38,722 nucleotides of DNA from a virus, in IMG/VR virus record IMGVR_UViG_2864804954_000002, one strand, 5' to 3'. Numbering within the stretch: position 1 is the first letter of the stretch; each line of letters opens with the position of its first letter. The position numbers and the translations under genes were made by a program. The notes under the pieces are model-generated. The model saw only the letters and a list, made by a program, of their open reading frames with translations. It was not told the DNA's origin and did no database searches. This document shows positions 6,480 through 16,403 of this stretch, one piece after another.

Positions 6480-8255
6480 TTAACAAAATATAGCGACATT
6501 CGCAGAAAACGAATCAAAGAAGCTATCTTGGTTATTATCAACAGTAGCTATGCGTACTGCATTTATTGTTTTTAGTGCTAGGCTTGTACTTGTACCTTTA
6601 TATTCAACCAATATGTTTGCTGAAGTTGCTCCTGAAGCAGTACTACCTTGTGATGCAGTACCTACTAGACAGTAGTTTGTATGTGGCATTGGTTTATCAA
6701 AATTGATTGTGTAATCACCTGTACCGTTATCTGTGATACTTAATACGTTCCCACTTGCATTAATAGCTACTGTATCAATTCCTTTAAAATTGACCCATGC
6801 TCTACATGCATAAACAGGAGCTTCACCTGTAGCATTTATCGAAGATCTAATATCACCTGTTATTTTTCCTGATACGGTTAGATTACCTTGTACGCTTTGA
6901 CTTCCTGCCCAAGTATTGCCACCTGTTAGACTTGGAGCTGTATTAGGTGAAACTTGTTGTGCTGTTCCTGCACTAACTCTACAGATCCAAATACCAACTG
7001 CTGATACAGGTCTATTCTCTCCTGCTGTAGGTACGACATTAGATGCTTTAAACTCCATAGGTGCATGTGATGATGAACTTACAGAGGTCCAAGAAGAGCC
7101 AGACAGTGTATGTCCTCCTGTAGTACGAGTGCCTGAAACAAAAGCACCTGTTACTGATGTACTGTTCGTATAAGCCCCACCAGAATCCCCAAGATAGGAT
7201 TTCCAAGGTGTCGTACCTTGAATATCTCGAATAGCATCTTTAAGAATAGTCGCTTGATAAATTGTTTCTCCTGCTATAGATCCATTACCATCACCACGAA
7301 GGAACAACCCTTTAATAGAGTCAGCTAAGAATCCGTTTAAGTCAGGCATCCTGAATGTCGTAACTCCATCTCCTGAAGAGTAAGCAGCACGTTTAGTTGG
7401 ATTTGCTAACCATTCAGCATCACTAATAAGTACAAATTTGCTTTGTACCTTAGCCCATAGAGAAGGAAAGTTTGCTCGATTAAGAAGTTGACCGTCATAG
7501 GATGCATAACCATCATCTATCGTTAATCGTGTACCGTTATGCCAAATTGGTGTACCTAAAGGTAGAGCTAAGAAGTTAGATTCTGTTTTGCTATAAACAT
7601 CTAAATTAGTTCTAGCTTGGCTTGCTGTTGTCGCACCTGTACCACCACCACTTACATTTACTATTGTTCCTGTACCACCTGATTGGATAAGAGAAACAAC
7701 TTCTTCTTTACTGTGTACATTTAAATTGGTACGAGCCGCTTCAGAAGATGCAGCTCCAGTACCACCACGATTGATAGGTCTTGTTTCTGTATTAGTAAGA
7801 TCTGCTAATTCATATGCATCGTCTGCTCTTGCTTGAGCATCTTTAGCTTCTTTTAATGCTTGATTAGCTGTACTGACTGAATAAGTGTAGTCAAGATCAT
7901 ATTGATCAACTTTATGACTCTGCTCTTGTAAGTTTAACCAAATTTTATCTAAGTCTTTATTTAGAACTTCAGGTCTAAAAGTATTGTTAAAGCTTTCAAA
8001 ATTTGTTGTTCTTTCTAGCTTTGTTTTCCTGAATATTTCTAGTTTTTGATTAGCTAATAAAGGTGTATGGAATTCTATGCCGTTTACATCTTTTAGATAG
8101 TTATAGTCGTTCATGCTAACGACTACATCATTCAATTTAATAAATAAATTTTCCTTATCTTCAATAAAGAAATTTACTGTATAAACTGAGTCAGCCCCAT
8201 TCGTTACGTATTTTGCATACGGTACAATTTGTTGTACTGTCATTGTTATTTTCAT
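6480..8255 (-). CDS. Tail fibre protein
   Basis: Duplicated GGTGA..(S/A)ARTNL.V.SK.E motif common in phage fibres. Gly/Ser/Thr-rich C-terminal half. Located at the end of the virion module. Confidence 0.8.
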   Translation of the reverse strand: MKITMTVQQIVPYAKYVTNGADSVYTVNFFIEDKENLFIKLNDVVVSMNDYNYLKDVNGIEFHTPLLANQKLEIFRKTKLERTTNFESFNNTFRPEVLNKDLDKIWLNLQEQSHKVDQYDLDYTYSVSTANQALKEAKDAQARADDAYELADLTNTETRPINRGGTGAASSEAARTNLNVHSKEEVVSLIQSGGTGTIVNVSGGGTGATTASQARTNLDVYSKTESNFLALPLGTPIWHNGTRLTIDDGYASYDGQLLNRANFPSLWAKVQSKFVLISDAEWLANPTKRAAYSSGDGVTTFRMPDLNGFLADSIKGLFLRGDGNGSIAGETIYQATILKDAIRDIQGTTPWKSYLGDSGGAYTNSTSVTGAFVSGTRTTGGHTLSGSSWTSVSSSSHAPMEFKASNVVPTAGENRPVSAVGIWICRVSAGTAQQVSPNTAPSLTGGNTWAGSQSVQGNLTVSGKITGDIRSSINATGEAPVYACRAWVNFKGIDTVAINASGNVLSITDNGTGDYTINFDKPMPHTNYCLVGTASQGSTASGATSANILVEYKGTSTSLALKTINAVRIATVDNNQDSFFDSFSANVAIFC

Positions 8256-8294
8256 TCCTAATTAGGTTTTAATTTTTATTGTTTTTAACTCTAT

Positions 8295-8308
8295 TAATAG
8301 AGCTATTA
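8295..8308. repeat. Dispersed motif TAATAGAGCTATTA, exact copy 2 (embedded in the palindrome CTCTATTAATAGAG)
   Basis: Exact 14-mer between the TerL stop (8309) and the tail fibre start (8255). Confidence 0.9.
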
Positions 8309-9955
8309 TTAAAAGTCAAGTTTCATCTCTGAATACTGATTAGAAGCTTGCCAATTGTTGTTATGGTTATATGTTGGATAGTGATTGTGTGTACCAATAC
8401 GGACGGCTTCCGCAGAAATTGCTCCTGCTAAACTATCAACATAGTCATCCTTGTTATTCGTTACTGAAGGATCAAATAAGCGCATCTCTTTTACTTGAGG
8501 ACTATCTGTTCCATTAACTTGTAAAACAGATTGATGTGCATATAAGTAGCCTGATAATAAAGGAGCTTCTAGCGTTCCTAAGATACGTTTATTCTTATTC
8601 TGAGTTTCATGTAGTTCACGTACACCACAATAGATGTTTCGTTTCTTAAATACGGATCTGAGAATTGATGGTACATGACCGCCTATTCCGTTGGTTTCTA
8701 CGATTATTGAAGGAAGCTTAAACTCTTCTACGATGTCAGCTAATTGATAAGCTTGACCACCTACTATTTGTCCTTTGTCATCTGTAACTGCTATTTCACC
8801 TGTTAAGGCTACTGATCTATGCCAGTACAGTTTTCCGTTCTCATCCTGAAGGACCAAAGCAACTGCTGATACATCTGATTTAGTTTTACCGCTACTAGGA
8901 TCTAGTTTAAGAGTTGCAGATACAATCCTCTTCTCTCCTAAAAGCATCTGAGTCTGTCCATTGGCTCTATGCCAGGTTACTTCTTCGTCATAAGGTACGA
9001 GTCTGTCAGGATCTAATCGGATCTCACCTACAGGCTTAGCATGGAGCTGATATTGGCTATCCCATTCATTGACTGTATTACATTGCTTTCTACGATCTTC
9101 CATCACTTCAGGAGTGAATCTGTCAGCCCAAAGAGCATCTGCATACACATCTAATAAGTTATGTTTAGCTGTCAGCTTGATTAAGTAGTCATGTTCCCTT
9201 TTCTCAACTTTATAATCGTCATACTCATTCAATAGCTTGGCTTGTGTGCCGATACCACTAAACAGATATTCAGGTTTAAAGGTAGTTGAGACTTCTAGCT
9301 CTCCTGAAGTAAAACGAGCTTCATGTTGGAACATGCGAAGGATTAAGCAGTTAGCCCCTGCTTCTTGGATCTGTGTATATAAGCTGTCAAAGCTATGCGG
9401 AGTTCCAATAAAGAGTCGTTGTGATCCAGGTACTAGAATATGGACCTGTTCTGATAATCTATATCTGAGCTTTTCCCTTGATTCAGGAGTCGCTGTAGTT
9501 GTTGGTGTCTCTACGTCATCATTTTGAATAAAGGTAGAACGTGCGCCTGTGACGTTGGATAAGATACCCCTAGCATGTAAGTTGCCATGCTTAACGTCTG
9601 AAGATCCGTGTATCCACCATTTCTGTGTTTCACCCTTTGCTTTCTGTTTATTCCAAGTTAAGGGATGTTTTTCTAATACTTGTTGAGTTCCACGACTACA
9701 TTTATAAGCATCGGGATCTGTCGCTCCTTGATGGAGTATTAATTCATCTGCATTCTTATAAAGTCTGTATGCGTTATATACATCTAATATGGTGGACTTG
9801 GCATGACCACGAGGAAGCATAAGCAATCCTAAGTTGCTAAAGTCTTCAAGCCACTCACAAACTGTTATATGGAAGTCGGGGATCTGCCAACCATTGACTA
9901 GACCCCACAACATATAGAACTCAACAAAGTTAGCTGTATTAGCCTTCTTTGCCAT
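8309..9955 (-). CDS. terL: Terminase large subunit
   Basis: Walker A-like LPRGHAKST and Walker B-like FIQNDDVE. C-terminal nuclease-like DDYVDSLAGA. Size and position fit. Confidence 0.8.
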   Translation of the reverse strand: MAKKANTANFVEFYMLWGLVNGWQIPDFHITVCEWLEDFSNLGLLMLPRGHAKSTILDVYNAYRLYKNADELILHQGATDPDAYKCSRGTQQVLEKHPLTWNKQKAKGETQKWWIHGSSDVKHGNLHARGILSNVTGARSTFIQNDDVETPTTTATPESREKLRYRLSEQVHILVPGSQRLFIGTPHSFDSLYTQIQEAGANCLILRMFQHEARFTSGELEVSTTFKPEYLFSGIGTQAKLLNEYDDYKVEKREHDYLIKLTAKHNLLDVYADALWADRFTPEVMEDRRKQCNTVNEWDSQYQLHAKPVGEIRLDPDRLVPYDEEVTWHRANGQTQMLLGEKRIVSATLKLDPSSGKTKSDVSAVALVLQDENGKLYWHRSVALTGEIAVTDDKGQIVGGQAYQLADIVEEFKLPSIIVETNGIGGHVPSILRSVFKKRNIYCGVRELHETQNKNKRILGTLEAPLLSGYLYAHQSVLQVNGTDSPQVKEMRLFDPSVTNNKDDYVDSLAGAISAEAVRIGTHNHYPTYNHNNNWQASNQYSEMKLDF

Positions 9956-10277
9956 CCTTTTTAGTACCCTTTTTACGTTTAGTCAGCTCTTTACGAACTG
10001 ATAGAAGGAGCTTCTCAGCTTCAGCTTCTTTTTGTTTTTCTTCGTCTTCTGTTGTAGTAATTGCTTGTGTCTTGTTACGTGCTTCGATCAGTTGTTCAAT
10101 TCTTGCAGCTAATGCCAATGTCTGATTGGCAGATTTCATCAACCAAAAACTATCCCCTCTACCCACTTTTGTTTCACGGTCACAGTCATTAGCACGTTCA
10201 ACAAGATCTACAGTATCTAGAATCGCCATCTCCTGAATACGGATAAGCTCTGATTTATATTCTTCTATTTTGCTCAT
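9939..10277 (-). CDS. Putative terminase small subunit
   Basis: Small charged coiled-coil protein directly upstream of terL and overlapping it. Called by position only. Confidence 0.4.
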   Translation of the reverse strand: MSKIEEYKSELIRIQEMAILDTVDLVERANDCDRETKVGRGDSFWLMKSANQTLALAARIEQLIEARNKTQAITTTEDEEKQKEAEAEKLLLSVRKELTKRKKGTKKDGKEG

Positions 10278-10320
10278 TCTTATTTTTTATTATTTAAATT
10301 TTATTATTTGATGTAATAGA

Positions 10321-10342
10321 AAAGGGAGATAAATCTCCCTTT
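10321..10342 (-). terminator. Hairpin terminator downstream of the OMP moron
   Basis: AAAGGGAGA-taaa-TCTCCCTTT, a perfect 9-bp stem flanked by A/T runs. Confidence 0.6.
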
Positions 10343-10372
10343 TACAATGTGCTTAAACTATTGAACGTATAA

Positions 10373-11119
10373 TTAGAAGTTGTAACGAATACCTAATGAG
10401 TAATCATGTGATACTAAATCTGCTGTCGTTTTCATATCGGAATTTGGTCCAAAGAAAACAGAATTATTCGTATTAAACTCAATTTCGCCAGCATCCACAT
10501 AACGATAACCTAAATCAAGCGCAACATTCTCAGTTACTTGATAAGCTACACCAACGTTAGCTGACCAAGTAAAAGTATTGCTTGTATCAGACTGACTGTC
10601 GCTTTCTATGAAAAACTCTGGATTTAATGATTGCTTGTTTTTAATACGAGTAACACCAACACCCGCTCCTAAGTACGGAGTGAATTTAGAGGTGTTTTTA
10701 AAGTCATAGTAACCATTTAACATTAAAGATTGGCTTCTAAGTTCATTTACAAGCAAACCAGGAAAACCTTCAGGTAGTGGAATTGAATCAGAAAAATCAG
10801 GAGTGTTTACTACAAATAAGTCTGCTCTTGGAGTAAATTTAACAGTATCTTTATATGTATATTCTAATTCAGCTCTAGCATTTACTTTGCTAATTTTACT
10901 GAAATCAAAACCAACAGCTAGTGCGATATTTGGGTAAACAGTTTCATCAACATCTTTGTTATGATAAGTCAAATCTACATCTGCTTCTGGGTTAAACTGA
11001 TATTCAGTATTTTCAAATTTTGTGTCGCTCACGCCTGCTTTTAATGATGTATAAAAACCACTATCTGCATAAGCAAAACTTGAAGTTGCAATGACAGTTG
11101 CTAATAAAATGCGTTTCAT
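10373..11119 (-). CDS. Outer-membrane beta-barrel protein (Lom/Ail/OmpW-like moron)
   Basis: Signal peptide MKRILLATVIATSSFAYA. Alternating beta-strand pattern and a C-terminal ...GIRYNF aromatic end typical of OMP barrels. Confidence 0.75.
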   Translation of the reverse strand: MKRILLATVIATSSFAYADSGFYTSLKAGVSDTKFENTEYQFNPEADVDLTYHNKDVDETVYPNIALAVGFDFSKISKVNARAELEYTYKDTVKFTPRADLFVVNTPDFSDSIPLPEGFPGLLVNELRSQSLMLNGYYDFKNTSKFTPYLGAGVGVTRIKNKQSLNPEFFIESDSQSDTSNTFTWSANVGVAYQVTENVALDLGYRYVDAGEIEFNTNNSVFFGPNSDMKTTADLVSHDYSLGIRYNF

Positions 11120-11310
11120 TAATGTATACCCTCTGTTATTATTATGTTCATATTAGCATAAGTAAATGTGTTTTTATTAGCATTATTTATCATTAAAGCT
11201 GCTTTTATCTCACTAACCAATACATTAAATTTCGATAGATTTTCTTCATTACTAATAGATATAGCATCCTCATTCTGATCTTGAGTTAGTATCGGGAACA
11301 CGTATTTCAT
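11119..11310 (-). CDS. Small hypothetical protein translationally coupled to the OMP gene
   Basis: TAATG stop/start overlap with the OMP gene. Overlaps the 3' end of the 855-aa virion gene by 41 nt. Confidence 0.35.
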   Translation of the reverse strand: MKYVFPILTQDQNEDAISISNEENLSKFNVLVSEIKAALMINNANKNTFTYANMNIIITEGIH

Positions 11311-13837
11311 TATTATCTAAGTCCCACCAATAACTAATACCGTAGTTAGATTCTTGTCTTCGTTGCTTACGCTCTCTGTAGCCTTCATCGAACAGATCTT
11401 GCAGTTCAGCTATTACTAAACGGTCGAATACAAGTCTTGTGTACCATACATTTTGAAATGGAATATTGTTCTTAGCTATGTTAATTGCTTCAGCTCCATA
11501 GCTTGAATCACGTTCATCTAAGAACTGTTTTCCTGCACCTGATACCATTGTGCCGACTGACATCACATCCTTAAATGCAGCAGGAAGAAGGAAGTCTTTA
11601 ATACTACGCTCTGTTGGATCTGTAGTAGCACTTATCGCATCTGCTAAGAAGGAAGCCGATCCTCCTTTCACAATAGCCTTCATATAGAAGTCTAAAGTTG
11701 TTGGATCTTCTAGGTCTTTACCTTGTGTCAGGTTTTGAATCTGAGCAACGATAGCTCCCATGAAAGTTGTATAGGCAAACAGTTTAGCTAGGTACACAAA
11801 CTTCTCTTGTGGAGTACCTTGTGCCATTGCTCTTGTCCATTGACGAGTAATCATAGCAAGCGGAAATTGTTTAAATTGCATAAAGAATCTAGTTAATTCG
11901 TTTGTCATCGTTCCACGTTCACGACCTAGACCCATCATAGTAGTTTCTCTAGCCCCGACCTCAAGAACCGCTGCATTAGTTTCTGTATATACATGATTCA
12001 TATATTTATTTGCTAACTGTTCTTTCAATCTGAAAGCATGGTCAGCTAGTTCTTGAGCTGTATAGCCTGTTTTATCAAAGTTGTAATAGTTAAGAATATC
12101 TTCATCTGAAATTTTAAATATGTCTTGATTGGTTATAAGCTTTTCACCTGTTGGAGCTTCTGTTCTTGTAACAAGTTGAAGAGCATTCCATTCATGTTCA
12201 GTGATACCACCACCTTCAAGCATCTTCTTATCTTTAGGTCCAAGTTCAGCCCATTTCTTAGCTGAGTTCAGATTAGATACATGATGCATAAGGGATACAC
12301 CAAAGGCACGTTTAGCTGAAGCTGTAATATGGTTTAAGCCTGAAGATCTGATAACTGCATTTGCAATCTTTCTTGTATTGGTATTGGCTTTAGCTAGTTT
12401 AGTAGAAGCTGATGCTAAATCGTCATCACCGAAGCGCACAAGGGCATTAGTCATTTCCCTTACACCGAGTCCGATAGAGATAGCAAAGTCTCTGTCTTCT
12501 TTATTGGCAAACTGTTTGAGATGTTTACCGAATACTTTTGAATAAGCCATTCCATGCATTTCTGAAGCTAATTTCATAGTTGCCTGATCTGAGAAGGCTG
12601 TAATAAAAGCACTACCCATCTTAGTAGCAACGGTCCATGATCTGAGCATACCGCCTACTTGAGCTAAGTTGCTGTCGATTGGAAGAGCTTGTCCTGCCAG
12701 TTCATCATAATGCTTGTTTATAAGAGCTGCTTGCTTTTGAATCTTACGATGCTCTTTAACGTACTTTGGATCTTGCATCATCTGATTAAGCAGATCATGT
12801 CCAAGTTGTTTGACTAATTTTTCAGGATTGCTACCAAACGTCTGCATGAGTCCAATTTCTGTTGCCATACGTCTTACATGGTTAGATAACAGATCATGGA
12901 AATTTACTTCTCCAAAGTCTTCTTGATACTTCACCCAGGAGTCCGCATCTTTAAAATGCACTTCCCTATGATGTTGGTGAAGAGCTTGCATATTCATCCC
13001 TACAGGTAGATCTGATTCTGATTGAACAGCATGAGCCTGTACTGAAGCTTTGTTATGTCCTTCTGATGCAATGGTGTGATAGACAGCTTTTAAGACATCT
13101 GCTACCTCCGCTTCACTCATTAATGATCCATCTTCTTTTCTATACTTGGATCTATCAGTTAAAGGTAATGTGTACTTAACCCACGCTTCCTGTCCTGCCT
13201 GAATGACTTTGTAATGGCTGTGTGATTGAGGAATACCATAGTTAGCAAGCTTCTTAATATCACCGCCATAACGGTTATAGTGAAGTCTGAGCTGTTCTAA
13301 TGTGTCCTGTACTGACTTAGCTAATCCTGCTATTTCAGCGTCACCTGAAGGCTTGCCAAAGATCTCTTTAACTAAAAGTTTTACTTTATCTGCATCTATT
13401 AGATAGCCTAAGCCTTTTTGAGTTTTAGTAAATACATCTGCTAAAGCCGACATATACCTTACTTCAACCGCCTGAATATTGTGTTCAACTGACTGAATAC
13501 CTGATTGATCAGTATGCATAACGATTTTTCTGTTCAAACTTTCTAATGGATTAAGCTTTGAATGAGAAGTCAGTTCATGGACCAATTGTTCACGGATCTC
13601 TAAATCATTAACAAGATTGGTTACTTCTTTAATATGCTGATCGGTATAGTTCTTGATTGCTCGATCTGCAATTGCTTCAGCACGTTCTTCGTCTGTCATA
13701 CTCTTCCAGGCTTTAATGTCTTCGGCAGGAAGTTCACGACTTGCTTTGATAAATTGTTGTTCTAATAAGTCTGCTTCTTTATCTGTAAGCTTGCGTCCTA
13801 ATACACCTTCTACGGCTGTTCTACATTCGTTCTTCAT
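11270..13837 (-). CDS. Large internal virion / ejection protein (855 aa)
   Basis: Size and position match T7 gp15/gp16-type genes. Mostly alpha-helical composition. Confidence 0.6.
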   Translation of the reverse strand: MKNECRTAVEGVLGRKLTDKEADLLEQQFIKASRELPAEDIKAWKSMTDEERAEAIADRAIKNYTDQHIKEVTNLVNDLEIREQLVHELTSHSKLNPLESLNRKIVMHTDQSGIQSVEHNIQAVEVRYMSALADVFTKTQKGLGYLIDADKVKLLVKEIFGKPSGDAEIAGLAKSVQDTLEQLRLHYNRYGGDIKKLANYGIPQSHSHYKVIQAGQEAWVKYTLPLTDRSKYRKEDGSLMSEAEVADVLKAVYHTIASEGHNKASVQAHAVQSESDLPVGMNMQALHQHHREVHFKDADSWVKYQEDFGEVNFHDLLSNHVRRMATEIGLMQTFGSNPEKLVKQLGHDLLNQMMQDPKYVKEHRKIQKQAALINKHYDELAGQALPIDSNLAQVGGMLRSWTVATKMGSAFITAFSDQATMKLASEMHGMAYSKVFGKHLKQFANKEDRDFAISIGLGVREMTNALVRFGDDDLASASTKLAKANTNTRKIANAVIRSSGLNHITASAKRAFGVSLMHHVSNLNSAKKWAELGPKDKKMLEGGGITEHEWNALQLVTRTEAPTGEKLITNQDIFKISDEDILNYYNFDKTGYTAQELADHAFRLKEQLANKYMNHVYTETNAAVLEVGARETTMMGLGRERGTMTNELTRFFMQFKQFPLAMITRQWTRAMAQGTPQEKFVYLAKLFAYTTFMGAIVAQIQNLTQGKDLEDPTTLDFYMKAIVKGGSASFLADAISATTDPTERSIKDFLLPAAFKDVMSVGTMVSGAGKQFLDERDSSYGAEAINIAKNNIPFQNVWYTRLVFDRLVIAELQDLFDEGYRERKQRRQESNYGISYWWDLDNNEIRVPDTNSRSE

Positions 13838-13855
13838 TCAATTCTCTTATTATTT

Positions 13856-16390
13856 TTATGCTGCTTGTTTCCAAGCACATTTAGCCAATGTCGCCATAGA
13901 TTTAGCGAGTAGCTGTATGTTGTCTTGTTCTTTTTGTAGCTTCTGTTGCCATTGTTGAGCTGTTAGATCTTCACCTGTTTTTTTAGATGAAATGACTAGA
14001 TCAGGATTAGCAATAAGCTTGTCTATTGTTTGTTGTCCTTTAGGGATTTGAGATAGGTATCCAAAAGCTCGACCTTCATCAAATATACGATCTAAAGCTG
14101 TTTCTAGTTCTTTATTGCCTTTATGGTCTACAAAATTACTCTTATTTGAACGTCCTACGTGAATAGATTTAGTTTGATGTGTTTGATGTGCATCATCTAC
14201 CGTTCTACGCACGTATGAGCCACGATATTGAAGCTCTTGAACTGTATTTCCATCCTTGTCTTTATAAGTACGTGTCAGTTCTTTGTGATATTTCTTGTCT
14301 TCATAGCGTTGCTTTTCTTTCCAGTCTGCTGCAATACTTTCGTCAGGTTTAAACTCTTTTGCAGGATCATCTACCCTATCCTTCACTTTAATCGTATTTG
14401 ATGTATGAGGTACTGATACAGTCTCACTTTCTGCAAAAACATCATCAATCAATTTACTGAGTTCTGCATCTGACATAGGTTTATAGTTTGGATCAGGAAG
14501 ATCAGGAACTAGATTTCCATGTTCATCTAATACCATGTTTGGCAGATCTAGCTGTTCTGTTGTCAGATCTCCCATTACTTCATGTTCCATATTTCGCTGT
14601 TCAAAAGCAGCTATATCGTGTGGACTGATAAACAAATCATCTACTTCAGGAAGGTTATCTAGGTCTAAACGATCTACTGTACCTTCATAGCTTGATTCAG
14701 GCTTAATAGGAGCTTGTTCTACAGTTGATGCTGTTTCAGATTCAAAAACAGATTTGTGAGTTGATCCTGAACCGCCATAATGTTGAGCTGTAATATCATC
14801 TATCTTCTTAGTGAAGTTGTGTATTGCATTGCCTATGGTTGCATCTTTAGGAATACCGTTAATACTCATTAAATGATCAGGATTCTTACTAAACTTACTA
14901 ATGACAGCTCTAGCTGATTGGTTAGAATTGTCTTTAATTGCTTTGAATACAATTTCTGCCCCTCCCCTGCCAAGTAAGTGAGGAATATAGATCTGTGAAC
15001 CTGTTAGAACTACACCTGTCTTGTCTTCGATATACTTAATATTGGATTTAGTATGTTTGATACCAAGTTTGATCTGTGTATTTAGATCATGTCTATTAGC
15101 TGCTGTACCACCTTCTGCTTGCCAGGTTGAATCAATAAACTGAAATACACCTGTAGCTGAAGACTTCTTATTTTTGATTGTAGGACTAAATGTACCTCTA
15201 CTTTCAAAATGAGCTAGGGCTACAATTGTTCTTGAATCTGCATCTGATAAGCCTTTAGCCGTTGCTTCATCATAAATACGTTTTTGTGTACCTGTAGCAG
15301 TAAAAGGTTTAACTTGTGGTTGTTTTGGTGTGCTTGTACCAGGATACTTCATCCCAGGGTTAAGCTTTTCCCATATTATTTTTCTATTCTGTTCAGTAGC
15401 TTCAGCTAATGTCTGTTTTTTATTAGTTGCTGTCTTAATAGAGCTATTATTTTGAATATGCTTTTTAACATCATCTAAAGTCTTGAGCTGTCCACCTGTA
15501 GCTTCAGAGATATTGACCTTCTCTCCCTTCATCACTTGATCAATCGCTTGATTCAAATTAGCTTCATGTTGAGCTAAATCATCTACTGTCTCTGCCACGT
15601 TAGGCATACTAGATACATCGGCATCTGCCTGAGCCTGTTCAACTGTTGCATTGAAATCTGCTTCAGCTTTATGGACCTCTGCTTCAGGTAAGTCTGCATT
15701 CCCTTTAGCATTCATATAACGTCCTGCTGCAAAGAAGGTAGAGCCAATAGCCATGTTCATAAAGATCGCATTAGGATCTGTAGCCATATCTTTATACATC
15801 TGACCTTGCTTCCCGTATCCCTTGCTATCTAAATAAGCTCCTTCTGCATACATCATGCCTTGTCCTGCTGCTGTAGGTGCAACAACTAAAGCAGCATAGT
15901 CTGCAACTAGAGACTTTTTAAATACATTAGATACAGGTAAAAAGGCTAAAGCAGCGTTTGTAGCTCCATAAATATTAGATGCTGTATCTGCTGTGTCTTG
16001 GTCTACGCCAAGTTGCTGAGTTAATTTTGTATGCTCTGTAGCTCTTGTACCAAGTCCAACTGTAGCAGCCATTCCATAAGGTCCTAATGGTGCGCCTACT
16101 GCCCCTGCTGATACAACTTCAGTAATACCTGAAGCGATATGTCCTGCTGTACCTTGATTAAGTGGAGTGAAAGCTTCATTTGCTTGTTGCATACGTCTAT
16201 CTGCAACTTCATCACCTTCTACAAATCGGCTTGCAGCATTAGATACGGATGTAACACCTTTAGCGACACCTGATACTGTGCCTAATCCAATGTCTGCTAG
16301 TGTTCCACGTTTAAACTTTTTAGGATCTGTTAGTTTCGTTTCATCAAAGGCTAAGTCTTGTTCTGTAAATTCTCCACTTAATAAGCCCAT
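13856..16390 (-). CDS. Internal virion protein with lytic transglycosylase (SLT) domain
   Basis: AHFESRG...ATGVFQFIDSTWQ carries the catalytic Glu and the GxxQ motif of SLT domains. Sits in the ejection-protein cluster. Confidence 0.75.
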   Translation of the reverse strand: MGLLSGEFTEQDLAFDETKLTDPKKFKRGTLADIGLGTVSGVAKGVTSVSNAASRFVEGDEVADRRMQQANEAFTPLNQGTAGHIASGITEVVSAGAVGAPLGPYGMAATVGLGTRATEHTKLTQQLGVDQDTADTASNIYGATNAALAFLPVSNVFKKSLVADYAALVVAPTAAGQGMMYAEGAYLDSKGYGKQGQMYKDMATDPNAIFMNMAIGSTFFAAGRYMNAKGNADLPEAEVHKAEADFNATVEQAQADADVSSMPNVAETVDDLAQHEANLNQAIDQVMKGEKVNISEATGGQLKTLDDVKKHIQNNSSIKTATNKKQTLAEATEQNRKIIWEKLNPGMKYPGTSTPKQPQVKPFTATGTQKRIYDEATAKGLSDADSRTIVALAHFESRGTFSPTIKNKKSSATGVFQFIDSTWQAEGGTAANRHDLNTQIKLGIKHTKSNIKYIEDKTGVVLTGSQIYIPHLLGRGGAEIVFKAIKDNSNQSARAVISKFSKNPDHLMSINGIPKDATIGNAIHNFTKKIDDITAQHYGGSGSTHKSVFESETASTVEQAPIKPESSYEGTVDRLDLDNLPEVDDLFISPHDIAAFEQRNMEHEVMGDLTTEQLDLPNMVLDEHGNLVPDLPDPNYKPMSDAELSKLIDDVFAESETVSVPHTSNTIKVKDRVDDPAKEFKPDESIAADWKEKQRYEDKKYHKELTRTYKDKDGNTVQELQYRGSYVRRTVDDAHQTHQTKSIHVGRSNKSNFVDHKGNKELETALDRIFDEGRAFGYLSQIPKGQQTIDKLIANPDLVISSKKTGEDLTAQQWQQKLQKEQDNIQLLAKSMATLAKCAWKQAA
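15436..15449. repeat. Dispersed motif TAATAGAGCTATTA, exact copy 3 (inside a CDS, encodes NNSSI)
   Basis: Exact 14-mer within 13856..16390. Confidence 0.9.
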
Positions 16391-16403
16391 CTTTTTATCC
16401 TTG

